Source: Candidatus Parcubacteria bacterium
GTDB lineage: Bacteria > Patescibacteriota > Patescibacteriia > CAIXNZ01
Assembly: GCA_026395685.1 (NCBI GenBank)
Contig: JAPLYG010000009.1
Location: 17,519-81,518, forward strand
Length of the DNA: 64,000 nt
Direction of reading: 5' to 3'
Below are positions 28,674-38,561 of this stretch, one piece after another. Within the stretch, counting starts at the first letter, position 1, and each line of letters opens with the position of its first letter. The position numbers and the translations under genes were made by a program. The notes beneath the pieces were generated by a model. That model had not been told where the DNA came from and searched no databases. It saw only the letters and a list, made by a program, of their open reading frames with translations.

Positions 28674-28851
28674 ACTTTATATTAAGTTCGGTTTACATTC
28701 TTCATTCCTTAGAACTAATTTAAAGTTCAAAATGCAAAGTGCAAAGTTACAGTTTAAAAATAATAATTTTGGTATTTATATAATAAAAAATTTCCAAAAT
28801 TTTAAACTAATAATTGTAACTTTTTAATTTTGAACTTTGAACTTTCAATTC
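28674..28851. repeat. intergenic repeat family C copy
   Basis: aaagttcaaaatgcaaagtgcaaagttacag ... aactttttaattttgaactttgaactttc. Confidence 0.5.
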
Positions 28852-30093
28852 CTATTCGTATTGCAGTGCCTCAATCGGATTTAATTCCGAAGCCTTAAAT
28901 GCGGGATAAAGGCCGAAGAACAAGCCGACTAAAACAGAAATTGAACATGATAAGAATACTGCGGAAACTGAAATTACAAAATCCCAATTATAGCCCAACC
29001 ATCTGGCAATCAGAGCAACTAGAAGTGACATCAAAATACCAAAAATAATTCCGATAATACCCCCGAATAAAGTCACGGCAATTGACTCGATTAAAAACTG
29101 GCTGAGAATATTTTTTCTTTTGGCTCCCAAAGCTTTGCGCAAGCCGATTTCCCTGGTTCTTTCCGTAACATTAATTAACATGATGTTCATAATGCCGATA
29201 CCGCCGACCAAAAGTGAAATCGCGGCAATCGCGGCCAAAAAGTATGTCAGAGAATCGGTAATGGATGAAAAAATTTCAATCGCCTGGGCCTGAGCGCGCA
29301 CAGTGAAATCATCCAGTTCTTTGGAATCCAGATGATGCTGATCTCGCAAAACCGCCTTGATATCTTCAACTGCCTGATTGACATTCTCTGAAGAATTCAC
29401 CTTAATTCTGGCCAACGAAATATAATCAATGCCCAGCATGATTTTCTGGCCGGTGGAAATGGGAATAAAAACATAATTATCCTGGTTTTCAAAACCTGAC
29501 GTACCTTTGGCCGTCATCACGCCAATGACGCGAAATTGGTGCTTTTTTATTTTTATCAGCTGGCCCAGAGCTTCCTGATCGCCAAAAAGTTCTTTTTTTA
29601 CAGTCGCGCCTAAAACTACCACCTTGGACAGATTTTTTTCCTCTTCGGTATCAATAAATCTGCCTTCAGCCACTGAAATATCATGAACAATAGGATAGCT
29701 GGCAGTCGTAGCCACAAAAGTACCGTTAAATTCATTGCCCTGCCAGTTCATAGTCGCACTCCCGCGGACATAATAAGTGATTGCCTCAACATTGGGCACA
29801 TTTTGCGCGTTTTCCAGCGCCACCATGTCGGAAACCTTCAAGCTGGTATTAGCTGAACCAAAAACGCTGGGTGGCGGACCGGCTTCCTCTGAGGCACCTG
29901 GAAAAATAGATATTTGATTAGAACCCAAAGCCTTGATCTGGTTCAAAATCAAACTTTGTGCCCCTGCCCCCACAGAAATAATCATTATAACCGAAGAAAT
30001 ACCAATAATAATCCCGAGCATTGTTAAAAATGTTCGGGTCTTTTTTGACTTCAAACCGGTAAAAGCGATTCTTAAACTAGAAGCCAATTCCAT
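28852..30093 (-). CDS. ABC transporter permease, FtsX/MacB family (second paralog)
   Basis: Same architecture as 27417-28673; conserved C-terminal ERTREIGLRKALGA. Confidence 0.8.
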   Translation of the reverse strand: MELASSLRIAFTGLKSKKTRTFLTMLGIIIGISSVIMIISVGAGAQSLILNQIKALGSNQISIFPGASEEAGPPPSVFGSANTSLKVSDMVALENAQNVPNVEAITYYVRGSATMNWQGNEFNGTFVATTASYPIVHDISVAEGRFIDTEEEKNLSKVVVLGATVKKELFGDQEALGQLIKIKKHQFRVIGVMTAKGTSGFENQDNYVFIPISTGQKIMLGIDYISLARIKVNSSENVNQAVEDIKAVLRDQHHLDSKELDDFTVRAQAQAIEIFSSITDSLTYFLAAIAAISLLVGGIGIMNIMLINVTERTREIGLRKALGAKRKNILSQFLIESIAVTLFGGIIGIIFGILMSLLVALIARWLGYNWDFVISVSAVFLSCSISVLVGLFFGLYPAFKASELNPIEALQYE

Positions 30094-30097
30094 ATTC

Positions 30098-30847
30098 TTA
30101 TTTGGTTAAATCTTTTTCTAATCTGGCAATCAATCTTTCCTTTACCTGATAATCATCAATAATTTCACCGTCCACAATTTTTAAAATTCGACGGGCATGT
30201 TCAGCTGTGTATTTTTCATGAGTCACCAAAATAATAGTTTTACCATGGTCATTTAAATCCTGCAAAATTTCCATGATCTGCTTACCTGATTTAGAGTCCA
30301 AATTTCCGGTCGGCTCATCAGCAAAAATAATCGAAGGATCATTAACCAGAGAACGGGCAATCGCCACTCTTTGTTTTTCACCGCCGGACAATTGGTTTGA
30401 TAAATTATTAAGTCGATGGTATAAACCAACCGCCTTGATAGATGTAATGACTTTATTTTTATCAAATTTTTTACTGCTGTAAGTCAAAGGCAAACGCACA
30501 TTGTCATAAACGCTGGTGCGCTGCAGCAAATTAAAAGCCTGAAAAATAAAACCGACTTCTTCATTTCTGATTTCTGCCAATTCATCATCAGATAAATTAC
30601 TGACATCTTTGCCTTTGAAAAAATATTTTCCTAAAGTCAGCTTATCCAAAAAGCCCATTATGTGCATCAGAGTTGACTTGCCGGAACCTGAAGGGCCCAT
30701 GATAGCCACAAATTCACCCTGTGAAATCTCCAGATTAATACCCTTTAGAACTTCAGTTGCCACATCTTCATTTACATAATCCTTTTTCAAATCGCTTAAT
30801 TTTATGAGCACTTTTTTATCCATATTATTTTTATTTTTTGGAAACAA
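30098..30847 (-). CDS. ABC transporter ATP-binding protein (MacB/LolD-type)
   Basis: Walker A GPSGSGKST, signature LSGGEKQR, Walker B IIFADEPTGNLD. Confidence 0.9.
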   Translation of the reverse strand: MFPKNKNNMDKKVLIKLSDLKKDYVNEDVATEVLKGINLEISQGEFVAIMGPSGSGKSTLMHIMGFLDKLTLGKYFFKGKDVSNLSDDELAEIRNEEVGFIFQAFNLLQRTSVYDNVRLPLTYSSKKFDKNKVITSIKAVGLYHRLNNLSNQLSGGEKQRVAIARSLVNDPSIIFADEPTGNLDSKSGKQIMEILQDLNDHGKTIILVTHEKYTAEHARRILKIVDGEIIDDYQVKERLIARLEKDLTK

Positions 30848-32513
30848 TTATTTCCTGCCCTTCACTTAAGCCACTTTTAATTTCCGTGCCAATATCAGCC
30901 CTGAGCCCTGCTTCGATATTTACTTTTTTAATTATATTGCCAAAGCCCAAAACCTCCACATATTTTTGGCCATTAGGATCCTGCTTAATGACCCTATTGG
31001 AAACATAAAGCACGTTTTCAAGTGTTGCTGTAATTAAATCAACATTCGCGGTCATGCCTGATTTGATTTCCTTATCCGTCGGATCCAATTGTATAGTAAT
31101 TTTATAATAGACCACATCCTGGATAATGGTTTCAGCCACGTCAATTAATACAACTTTGCCGTTAAATATCTGATCACTGCCATAGGCATCCAAAGTTATC
31201 TTGGCCAAATCTCCTACTTTTATTTTAACGATATCTGATTCCGGCACATCAACTTTAATCTGAAAATCACTCTGGCCCATCATGGCAATTACCGGCTTAG
31301 AAGCTACGCTGCTGACCTGCTCACCGATTTTATAATTAACAAAAGTTATAACTCCGGCAGTAGGAGCATAGATTGTATAATCATCTAAATTGTTCAAAGC
31401 CAACGCGTAGGCTGCCTGCGCCTGGTCAACTTGAGCCTGATATGAAGCAATATCTACTCTGCGAGGTGGAGCTTTTTTAAAATCATACTGCGCCTTGGCC
31501 AGATTATATGCGCCAATTGCACTGTCCAGATTGGCCTTTGCCTGGATGTAATTGCTGCCCAGGTTTAATTTGGCATTGCTATAATTTTGATTGGCGCTAT
31601 CCAAAGTGGAAATCCCGGCATTCAAGATATTTTGCTGATTGTTAATATTTGTTTTATCAGTTAAAAATTGGGCCTCAGAATATTGATTGCCTACCAAAGT
31701 ATTAATCAAGCCCAAATAAGTATTATCTAAGGCGTTTTTAATCCAGGACTGGACATCGTTCAATTTCGCTACCGCATCAGCTAAATTTACCTCCGCATCA
31801 CTTGCTTTCAGAGTAGTTATACTGGTTTCAGCCGCTAATATGCGCACCTTTGATTCGTCATAATAATTATGCGCATTAATGCCATATTGAGTATTTCTAA
31901 CACTGAATTGGTAAGTCAAAAAAACGTCATCAAAAATAATTTTAATCGCATCCATGGCAGTGCGGCTAATGGCGATCTGCTTGTCAATTTCATTAATTAA
32001 ATTTTGCCTGACATCGCTGATCGATTTGGTCGATTGGTTTTGAGTATCATCAAATTTGAGCTGGGCATTATCTGCGGCGATTTTGGCATTATTGACTGTT
32101 TCTTCAGTTACTTTTAAATCTTCAGCACTGGCACCGGCGAGTAATTTGTTTAAATTTGCCTGCGACATATCTAAATTAGCCTGCGCTTGGCGCGCTGCTA
32201 TTGCCAGGCTCCCTGCATCCAAACTGGCCAAAACATCACCGGCTTTAACGCTTTCCCCTTCTTTGACATTTACCTGTGCCAAAATGCCTGTTCCTTTAAA
32301 ATTCAAATCAATGGCTGAAGCAGATTCAATCATACCTGTTTCAGATACAGTCTGAACCAAATTGCCCTTTTGCACTTTTTCAGTCACATAAACAGGAGCT
32401 TTCGGTCGGGTAAAATAAAAAATCAGCGCAACCACGCCCACCACAACAATCAATAAAAACCAAAAACTTTTCTTTTTGGCTAAATTTTTAAGTTTATTTA
32501 AAATCCATTTCAT
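30831..32513 (-). CDS. HlyD-family periplasmic adaptor / membrane fusion protein with long coiled-coil
   Basis: N-terminal TM, lipoyl/beta-barrel segments flanking an extended Q/A/N-rich coiled-coil; overlaps ATPase gene start. Confidence 0.75.
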   Translation of the reverse strand: MKWILNKLKNLAKKKSFWFLLIVVVGVVALIFYFTRPKAPVYVTEKVQKGNLVQTVSETGMIESASAIDLNFKGTGILAQVNVKEGESVKAGDVLASLDAGSLAIAARQAQANLDMSQANLNKLLAGASAEDLKVTEETVNNAKIAADNAQLKFDDTQNQSTKSISDVRQNLINEIDKQIAISRTAMDAIKIIFDDVFLTYQFSVRNTQYGINAHNYYDESKVRILAAETSITTLKASDAEVNLADAVAKLNDVQSWIKNALDNTYLGLINTLVGNQYSEAQFLTDKTNINNQQNILNAGISTLDSANQNYSNAKLNLGSNYIQAKANLDSAIGAYNLAKAQYDFKKAPPRRVDIASYQAQVDQAQAAYALALNNLDDYTIYAPTAGVITFVNYKIGEQVSSVASKPVIAMMGQSDFQIKVDVPESDIVKIKVGDLAKITLDAYGSDQIFNGKVVLIDVAETIIQDVVYYKITIQLDPTDKEIKSGMTANVDLITATLENVLYVSNRVIKQDPNGQKYVEVLGFGNIIKKVNIEAGLRADIGTEIKSGLSEGQEIIVSKK

Positions 32514-32521
32514 ATTAGTTT

Positions 32522-32785
32522 TTATTTACTTTTTAGAGTCTTTAAATGGCTAATATGCCTTTCTATAATTGTATCAAATTTCTCGGGTTTAATGAAGCCG
32601 ATAATTGCATTATCACGGCAAAAGACCAAAAACTGATCCCCAGTCTTAATATTCATTTTCTTCCTGATTTCTTTAGGAATAACCACCTGTCCCCGTTCAC
32701 CAATGGTGGTCATGCCATATTGTTTAAGTTCAAACGTCATTTTTGAGGCCATAATTTTAATACTGAATATGTCCTCCTTCGCCAA
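32522..32785 (-). CDS. AbrB/SpoVT (MazE-like swapped-hairpin) DNA-binding protein
   Basis: TTIGERGQVVIPKEIRKKMNIKTGDQFLV pattern. Confidence 0.55.
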   Translation of the reverse strand: MAKEDIFSIKIMASKMTFELKQYGMTTIGERGQVVIPKEIRKKMNIKTGDQFLVFCRDNAIIGFIKPEKFDTIIERHISHLKTLKSK

Positions 32786-33221
32786 GGCTTCGAAGGACTT
32801 AAATAAGAAAAGTATGATTTATCATACTTTCAGTATATTCCTCATTTCCCAAAACGTCAAGAACAAAAAAACAAACCATTCTCAAGTCATTCAGAGCCCT
32901 TTGTCTCCATTTGCTCTTTTGACTCTTTAGCAAAATTAGCGTGGAATCCATAAACTGCGTTATATCACGCTATACTTTACAATGGTTTGGCCTTTTTATT
33001 TTTTCTTTCTAATTATTCCTTTTCTGATTTTTGAAGCAGGAATATCTTTCAGATGCTTAAAAAACTCAACCTGTTTAAGCCGATGCTGAGCCTCCTTCTT
33101 GGTTTGGTAACACCCAAAACTTCGGCTGGTTGTTTCCGAGACCACGCACCACTTGCCTGAGCGTTTGATGATCATACAATAAAATTTTTTAAATTTATAA
33201 TTTGTAATTTTAAATTTTATA

Positions 33222-33297
33222 TGGTACCGCCAAGGGGAATCGGACCCCTGTTACTAAGATGCCCGCCAGAGGCGGGTCCGCCTTCGGCGGAAGAACC
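33222..33297 (-). other. atypical tRNA-like element (T-arm AGGGG-TCCGATT-CCCCT, 3' TGGCGGTACCA, two GC triloop hairpins) that does not fold into a canonical cloverleaf
   Basis: Hand folding fails for the acceptor and anticodon arms; contains the CCGCCTCTGGCGG hairpin also found at 43626-43640. Confidence 0.3.
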
Positions 33298-33305
33298 TTT
33301 TATTA

Positions 33306-33377
33306 TAGCCCCTACGGGAATCGAACCCGTGTTACATGGATGAGAACCATGCGTCCTAGCCACTAGACGAAGAGGCC
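33306..33377 (-). tRNA. tRNA-Glu (anticodon CTC)
   Basis: GGCCTCT acceptor with two GU wobbles, D-arm TTCGTCTAGTGGCTAGGAC similar to E. coli tRNA-Glu, anticodon loop TTCTCAT, T-arm ACGGG-TTCGATT-CCCGT; CCA not encoded. Confidence 0.8.
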
Positions 33378-33595
33378 TTAATTTTAATGACCAATAACCA
33401 AATCCCAAGCTCCAAACAAATTCAAATATCTAATGACAAAATTAAAAATATTTTTTTTTATTTGTTATTAATTATTGTTTGATTATTGCGTTATTGGTTA
33501 TTGATTATTGTTATTATATCTTACAGGAAAATAAAAAAACTTCAAGCCTTACAATAATCTTCCTAAATTTAGACTTTAGACTTTATACTTTAGAC

Positions 33596-34912
33596 TTATT
33601 TATTCAGCCATTCCCCCGTTTGCCTGACCAGCAATTTTCCTGCCTTTTCAGGTTCAGCCATAATTTCCAAGACAATCTTTTCCATTCTAATCCCCTGAGA
33701 ACCTTTAACCAAAATTAAATCGCCGGGCTGAATTAAATCCTGAACAAAGAGTCCGGCTTTATCACGATCTGTAAAGAATTCAACTTTATCATTTGATAAA
33801 CCGGCTTCAATTGCTGAATCCGCAATTAATTTAGCCTCCTGACCGACAGCCACCAGATAATCAAAACCGCACTCAACGACATTAAAGCCGATTTCACGGT
33901 GAGCAGCAGCTGACCGTTCTCCTAATTCCAGCATATCCCCTAAAACTGCAATTTTCTTTTTTCCTGCAGCCACGCTTATATCTTTTATTGCTTCGAGAGC
34001 CGCTTTAACAGCAATTGGCGAGGAATTATAAGTATCATCAATTATCAACGTATATTTTATTCCCGGGATTAAATTCATGCGTCCCTTGGGCGGATTAAAA
34101 TTCTTCAGAGCCTCTGCAATATCTACCAGATTCATTTTACAGGCCAAACCGACGGCAATCCCCGCTAAAGCCGCATAGGCGTGTTGTCTGCCAAAACACT
34201 TGGGTAAAAAAACCGGCACAGACGAACCGCCAAAAGAAACTTTAAAATTCATTCCCCAGACTTTGCAGTCCCAGTCATAATTTGTTTCACAGAAATCTTT
34301 TTCCAAGCCGGCAAATATTAATTCGCTCGCTTTAATATTTGCTTGTTCCCCGAATCCATAGCTGAAAACCCTAGCTTTTATTTTACTGCCGATGCTCAAT
34401 ATATTTTCATCATCAACATTTATTACCGCACTTGCATCCTTGGGCAAACTAGTAACAATCCTCTCCTTTTCTTTCAGCACTCCTTTCATATCCCCAAAAG
34501 CATGCAAATGAGTTTCTGAAACTGCGGTAAAAACCCCGATGTTGGGCGGTGCCAATTTAACCAGATATTCAATATCCCCGATTCTATCAGCCCCCATTTC
34601 TAAAATCAAAATCTCCGGATAGAATTTATCTTTAAACAACAAGAGTCTGATTACTTTTATAAAGACTAAAATCCACTTAATTAATGACCGTCCGCCGGTT
34701 TCCGTCCCGATAATTGTCAAGGGAGTTCCGATCTCATTATTATAGCTTTTAATATTTTGGCGGACATTAAATCGGGACGACAAAACAGCATAAATCGCCT
34801 CTTTGGCAGAGCTCTTGCCCACGCTGCCCGTGATGCCGATGATTTCAGGCTTGTATTTTATTAGAATCTTTTGGGCGAAATAACGCAGGATGTTTTGAAG
34901 TAGTAATTTCAT
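33596..34912 (-). CDS. murF: UDP-N-acetylmuramoyl-tripeptide--D-alanyl-D-alanine ligase MurF
   Basis: P-loop GITGSVGKSS, Mur ligase middle and C-terminal domains. Confidence 0.85.
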   Translation of the reverse strand: MKLLLQNILRYFAQKILIKYKPEIIGITGSVGKSSAKEAIYAVLSSRFNVRQNIKSYNNEIGTPLTIIGTETGGRSLIKWILVFIKVIRLLLFKDKFYPEILILEMGADRIGDIEYLVKLAPPNIGVFTAVSETHLHAFGDMKGVLKEKERIVTSLPKDASAVINVDDENILSIGSKIKARVFSYGFGEQANIKASELIFAGLEKDFCETNYDWDCKVWGMNFKVSFGGSSVPVFLPKCFGRQHAYAALAGIAVGLACKMNLVDIAEALKNFNPPKGRMNLIPGIKYTLIIDDTYNSSPIAVKAALEAIKDISVAAGKKKIAVLGDMLELGERSAAAHREIGFNVVECGFDYLVAVGQEAKLIADSAIEAGLSNDKVEFFTDRDKAGLFVQDLIQPGDLILVKGSQGIRMEKIVLEIMAEPEKAGKLLVRQTGEWLNK

Positions 34913-35034
34913 ATTTTATAGTTATTGGTTATTAGGTATTGACAATCGTTACGTTAACCGTTTTTCGATATACGTCACGTAAAATGTTTAACCATAAACG
35001 TAACGAACTTCGAAACCGATTAACGATTCACAAA
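34913..35034. repeat. intergenic repeat family B copy
   Basis: caatcgttacgttaaccgtttttcgatatacgtcacg...aaacgtaacgaacttcgaaaccgattaacgattc. Confidence 0.5.
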
Positions 35035-36837
35035 TTAAAGATCATCGGGCACAACATGGTAATAATCAAAAAGAAATTTCGCCAGACGGCTGAATAAAGG
35101 CATAGCCGTACTTTCAGCATAGGTTCCCTTCTTGGGATTTTCAAATTTTATCAACATTAAAAATTTAGGATCTTTAACCGGTCCGAAACCGATAAAGGAA
35201 TGATTCGTTTTATTGGAATAACCACTTTTCCCTGGTTCGGCAATTTGCGCGGTACCAGATTTGCCAGCCATATAATACCCGGGGACTCCTGCTTTTTTAC
35301 CTTGGCCATTTTTAATTACAGAAACCATCATACCCGTCAATAAAGTCGCCGTACGTGAAGAGATAACGGAAATTGGTCTTGCTCTTTCTGTTTTTATGGC
35401 AATGCCTTCTGGCTTTCTAATTTCTTCCACAATATAAGGCTTAACCATTTTACCACCATTGGCAATGGCTGAAAAAGCCTGAACCATTTGAATCGGGGTA
35501 GCTGTAATTCCCTGACCAAAAGAAGCAGTGGCAAAATAAATTTCGCCGTTTGTTTTAAGGGAGGAAATATTGCCTGCTGACTCAACACTCAATTCGATAC
35601 CTGTCTTTTTGCCAAAACCGAATTTTTCAACATAGCTGCGAAAATCTTTCTTTTCCATCTGTCTGACGGCAAAGATTGTCCCTGTATTTAAAGAATTTTC
35701 CAAAACCTGAGTCATGGTTTTTATACCATGGGCTTTTTTATCTGCATTATGGATTGTGAATTCATCAATTTTGACAAAACCCTCATCATTATAAGTTGTC
35801 TCCGGAGTAATTTTACCCAGATCTAATCCCGCAGCCATGGTAATCGGTTTAAAAATTGAACCCGGTTCATAAGCTTCAAAAATAGCTCGGTTGTTATAAT
35901 CGCCCAACGAATTAACTTTATTATACTCGTTAGGATCAAAATCAGGATAAGAACACATCGCTATTATTTCGCCTGTTTTAGGATTCATCACAATAGCCAC
36001 AGCGCTGTCAGCTTGGACCACTTTAACATGTTCATTTAGTTTTGTGCAAACTTCATATTGCACTGTCTTATCAATCGTCAAGACAATATCGTCGCCATCC
36101 TTTGCCCTGACAAATTTCTTCTCGCCAACAGAAATAAAATTGCCAGTAATATCCTTTTCCGACTGTATTTCACCTTGTTTGCCTGCTAATTCCTGATTAA
36201 AATACCCTTCGATGCCATAATAGCCTTTCTTCATATTTTCACTTTCAGCAAAACCGACATAGCCTAAAATATTCGCCCCCAAGTTTTTTTCCGGATAATA
36301 TCTGAACGTTTCTTTACTTATTATAATGCCTTTAATCTTTAGTTCCTCTATTTTTTGCGCAATATTATCTTCAACTTTATGTTTCAAAGGTTCATAAGGA
36401 TCATCTTCTTTAGAAAGTTTTGCCAGTAATTCTTTGCCGAATTCCTCACGTTTGCTCTCATCAGGCTCTAATAATGGCAACAAAGCAGCAGTTACTTCCT
36501 CAGGGCTTTTATCCAGATACTTGGGTTGGGCATAAATTAAATTGTAATCCTTATTAATAGCCAGCGGATACAAATTTTCTTCAACCGCCAAAATTGAACT
36601 GCCCTTATCTTTGACATAGATAGATCCCCTTTCCGGAAATAATTTCCGATAAACCTCGTGCTGGTCAGATGCCAAAGCGGCATAAAAATCAAATTTTATG
36701 ATCTGAAAATCAATTAATTTGCAAATTATCAAAAAGGCGAAGACAACAAAACAAGCTACTATAAATTTTATGCGGGGCTCAAGCTTTTTTGTGCCGGGAA
36801 TTTTCTTTTTATTTTTCCACCGAGTTAAGTCTAACAT
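35035..36837 (-). CDS. class B penicillin-binding protein (PBP2/FtsI-type transpeptidase)
   Basis: N-terminal TM, dimerisation domain, SxxK (PGSIFKP), SxN and KSGTA motifs. Confidence 0.85.
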   Translation of the reverse strand: MLDLTRWKNKKKIPGTKKLEPRIKFIVACFVVFAFLIICKLIDFQIIKFDFYAALASDQHEVYRKLFPERGSIYVKDKGSSILAVEENLYPLAINKDYNLIYAQPKYLDKSPEEVTAALLPLLEPDESKREEFGKELLAKLSKEDDPYEPLKHKVEDNIAQKIEELKIKGIIISKETFRYYPEKNLGANILGYVGFAESENMKKGYYGIEGYFNQELAGKQGEIQSEKDITGNFISVGEKKFVRAKDGDDIVLTIDKTVQYEVCTKLNEHVKVVQADSAVAIVMNPKTGEIIAMCSYPDFDPNEYNKVNSLGDYNNRAIFEAYEPGSIFKPITMAAGLDLGKITPETTYNDEGFVKIDEFTIHNADKKAHGIKTMTQVLENSLNTGTIFAVRQMEKKDFRSYVEKFGFGKKTGIELSVESAGNISSLKTNGEIYFATASFGQGITATPIQMVQAFSAIANGGKMVKPYIVEEIRKPEGIAIKTERARPISVISSRTATLLTGMMVSVIKNGQGKKAGVPGYYMAGKSGTAQIAEPGKSGYSNKTNHSFIGFGPVKDPKFLMLIKFENPKKGTYAESTAMPLFSRLAKFLFDYYHVVPDDL

Positions 36838-36910
36838 ACATCTATTTTAGCAAATTTTGGGCAAAATTAAAACCGCCTTAGTTAAATTACTGAAGCGGTT
36901 TTAAATATCT

Positions 36911-37666
36911 TTATTTTTCTAGCTTTTTAGTTAAGCCTTCAAATGCCCTTAATACTTCCAGCGGCACTGCAAAAACTATGGTATTTGATTGATCTGAGGA
37001 AATATCATTAATTGAATTTAATGTTCTTAAGTGCAAAGCCCCCGGAGTAGCTGCCAGCATTCCTGCGGCCTTGGAAATATTCTCAGCTGCCAAAACTTCA
37101 CCCTCAGAATTGATAATGACGGCTCTTTTTTCTCTTTCAGCTTCAGCCTGTTTAGCCATAGTCCTTTTCATGGATTCAGGCAACATGATGTCTTTCAAAT
37201 CCACTGATTCAGCGTTAATGCCCCAATTTTCAGAAGCCTTATCCACGATTTCTTCTATTTTATCAGAGACTGCATCTCTTTGCGACAATAATTCATCCAA
37301 AGTCACGGATCCGACCACGTTTCTCATGGTAGTTTGGGCTAATTGGGAAACAGCATAATAAAAATTCTCCACTCCAATAATTGCTTTAGATGCATCAATA
37401 ACTTTGTAATAAATTACCGCATTGATTTGGCACGATACATTATCCTTAGTAATTGCCTCCTGATTAGGCACATCCACTGCTTTTAAGCGCATATCGACTT
37501 TGCGCATGCCCTGAAAAATCGGCACAACCAGACGCCAGCCTGGATTTTTTGTGCCGGTGTAGCGTCCCATTGTAAACATTACGCCGCGCTCATACTGGTT
37601 AATCTGGCGCAAAAAACTCAAGATGGCAATACCAACGATTACTGCTAAGACAATTAACAATTCCAT
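36911..37666 (-). CDS. SPFH/band-7 (stomatin/prohibitin-like) protein
   Basis: N-terminal TM plus conserved SPFH core and coiled-coil C-terminus. Confidence 0.85.
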   Translation of the reverse strand: MELLIVLAVIVGIAILSFLRQINQYERGVMFTMGRYTGTKNPGWRLVVPIFQGMRKVDMRLKAVDVPNQEAITKDNVSCQINAVIYYKVIDASKAIIGVENFYYAVSQLAQTTMRNVVGSVTLDELLSQRDAVSDKIEEIVDKASENWGINAESVDLKDIMLPESMKRTMAKQAEAEREKRAVIINSEGEVLAAENISKAAGMLAATPGALHLRTLNSINDISSDQSNTIVFAVPLEVLRAFEGLTKKLEK

Positions 37667-37676
37667 GTTTTTAAAA

Positions 37677-38021
37677 TTAATTATTAAAAAATAAAATTAT
37701 TATGCTAACTCCCAAGATAAAAGACAATAATATCGTAGCGAATGTGGCACATATTGTCCAGAGCGCCTCTTTATACTGTTTTTGCAGAGCCAGATAAGCG
37801 GGGAAACCGAAAACAAAAAGTCCTGAAATGCCGGCGCTGATTACAAATAAAATTAAGACGCTAAAAATGTTCAAAATTGCAGGGTTCGGCGAACTCATAT
37901 ACTTATCCATTAACGTCATGAACAAAACGACTAAAATAACATAAATAACTTCAGCTAAACCAGCGACAACACCCCATTTGATCACTTCTTTTTGGCTAAA
38001 TTTTTCTTTATTGAAAAACAT
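37677..38021 (-). CDS. small 3-TM membrane protein (possible SPFH partner)
   Basis: Three hydrophobic helices; 10 nt from the SPFH gene. Confidence 0.45.
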   Translation of the reverse strand: MFFNKEKFSQKEVIKWGVVAGLAEVIYVILVVLFMTLMDKYMSSPNPAILNIFSVLILFVISAGISGLFVFGFPAYLALQKQYKEALWTICATFATILLSFILGVSIIILFFNN

Positions 38022-38168
38022 AATTTATTAATTAATAATCAATAACACAATAACCAATCAACGAGCAATTTCTAATATTAAAATTATAAATTCAAAGCTT
38101 GTTTAGTTATTAGGGATTTGAATTTAGTTATTGTTTGAATATTGATTATTGATGCTTGGTTATTTAAA
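38022..38168. repeat. intergenic imperfect-palindrome repeat family A, copy 3
   Basis: aataatcaataac ... ttgaatttag ... attgattattgatgcttggttatt. Confidence 0.5.
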
Positions 38169-38489
38169 TTATTCACCAAACGAGGCGGCATTGATTTCAG
38201 TCCAGGTATCACTGGCAGTTTCCCATTTATAGGCAAAAAGAGTATTGGTCTTTTCCGTATCTGAAGTTACATAATCAACCTTGGCCGTATCCCCCATTCT
38301 TTTGGAATAATGGACATTTTTTGACAAAACCAAAGGCTTGCTGACAAATTCCAGCTTCATTTTTCCCAATGGCCCGTTAAAAATCAATTCTTCGGTAATA
38401 ACGCCATCACTTTCATTCCTGTTTGTTTCCAAAACCTCAAAATTCTTCTTGGCCATGTCTTTTATTTCTTCCCACTTTTCCGGTGACAT
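38169..38489 (-). CDS. hypothetical 106-aa protein
   Basis: ORF only. Confidence 0.45.
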   Translation of the reverse strand: MSPEKWEEIKDMAKKNFEVLETNRNESDGVITEELIFNGPLGKMKLEFVSKPLVLSKNVHYSKRMGDTAKVDYVTSDTEKTNTLFAYKWETASDTWTEINAASFGE

Positions 38490-38561
38490 AATTTTGATAT
38501 TAAGTACGAAGTTTCAAACTTCAGCCTTCAGACTTCGGCCTTCGGCCTGCCCGCCGTAGCT

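Noticed and set aside
33222-33297. Canonical tRNA call for the CCA-ending T-arm element
   Set aside because: No 5' strand can pair with TGGCGGT, and no 7-nt anticodon loop can be formed. A permuted or two-piece tmRNA was also considered and rejected, because tRNA-Glu occupies the position where the rest would have to lie.
33217-33408. 63-aa ORF across the tRNA region
   Set aside because: Overlaps tRNA-Glu and the tRNA-like element. G/P-rich translation typical of reading through tRNA genes.
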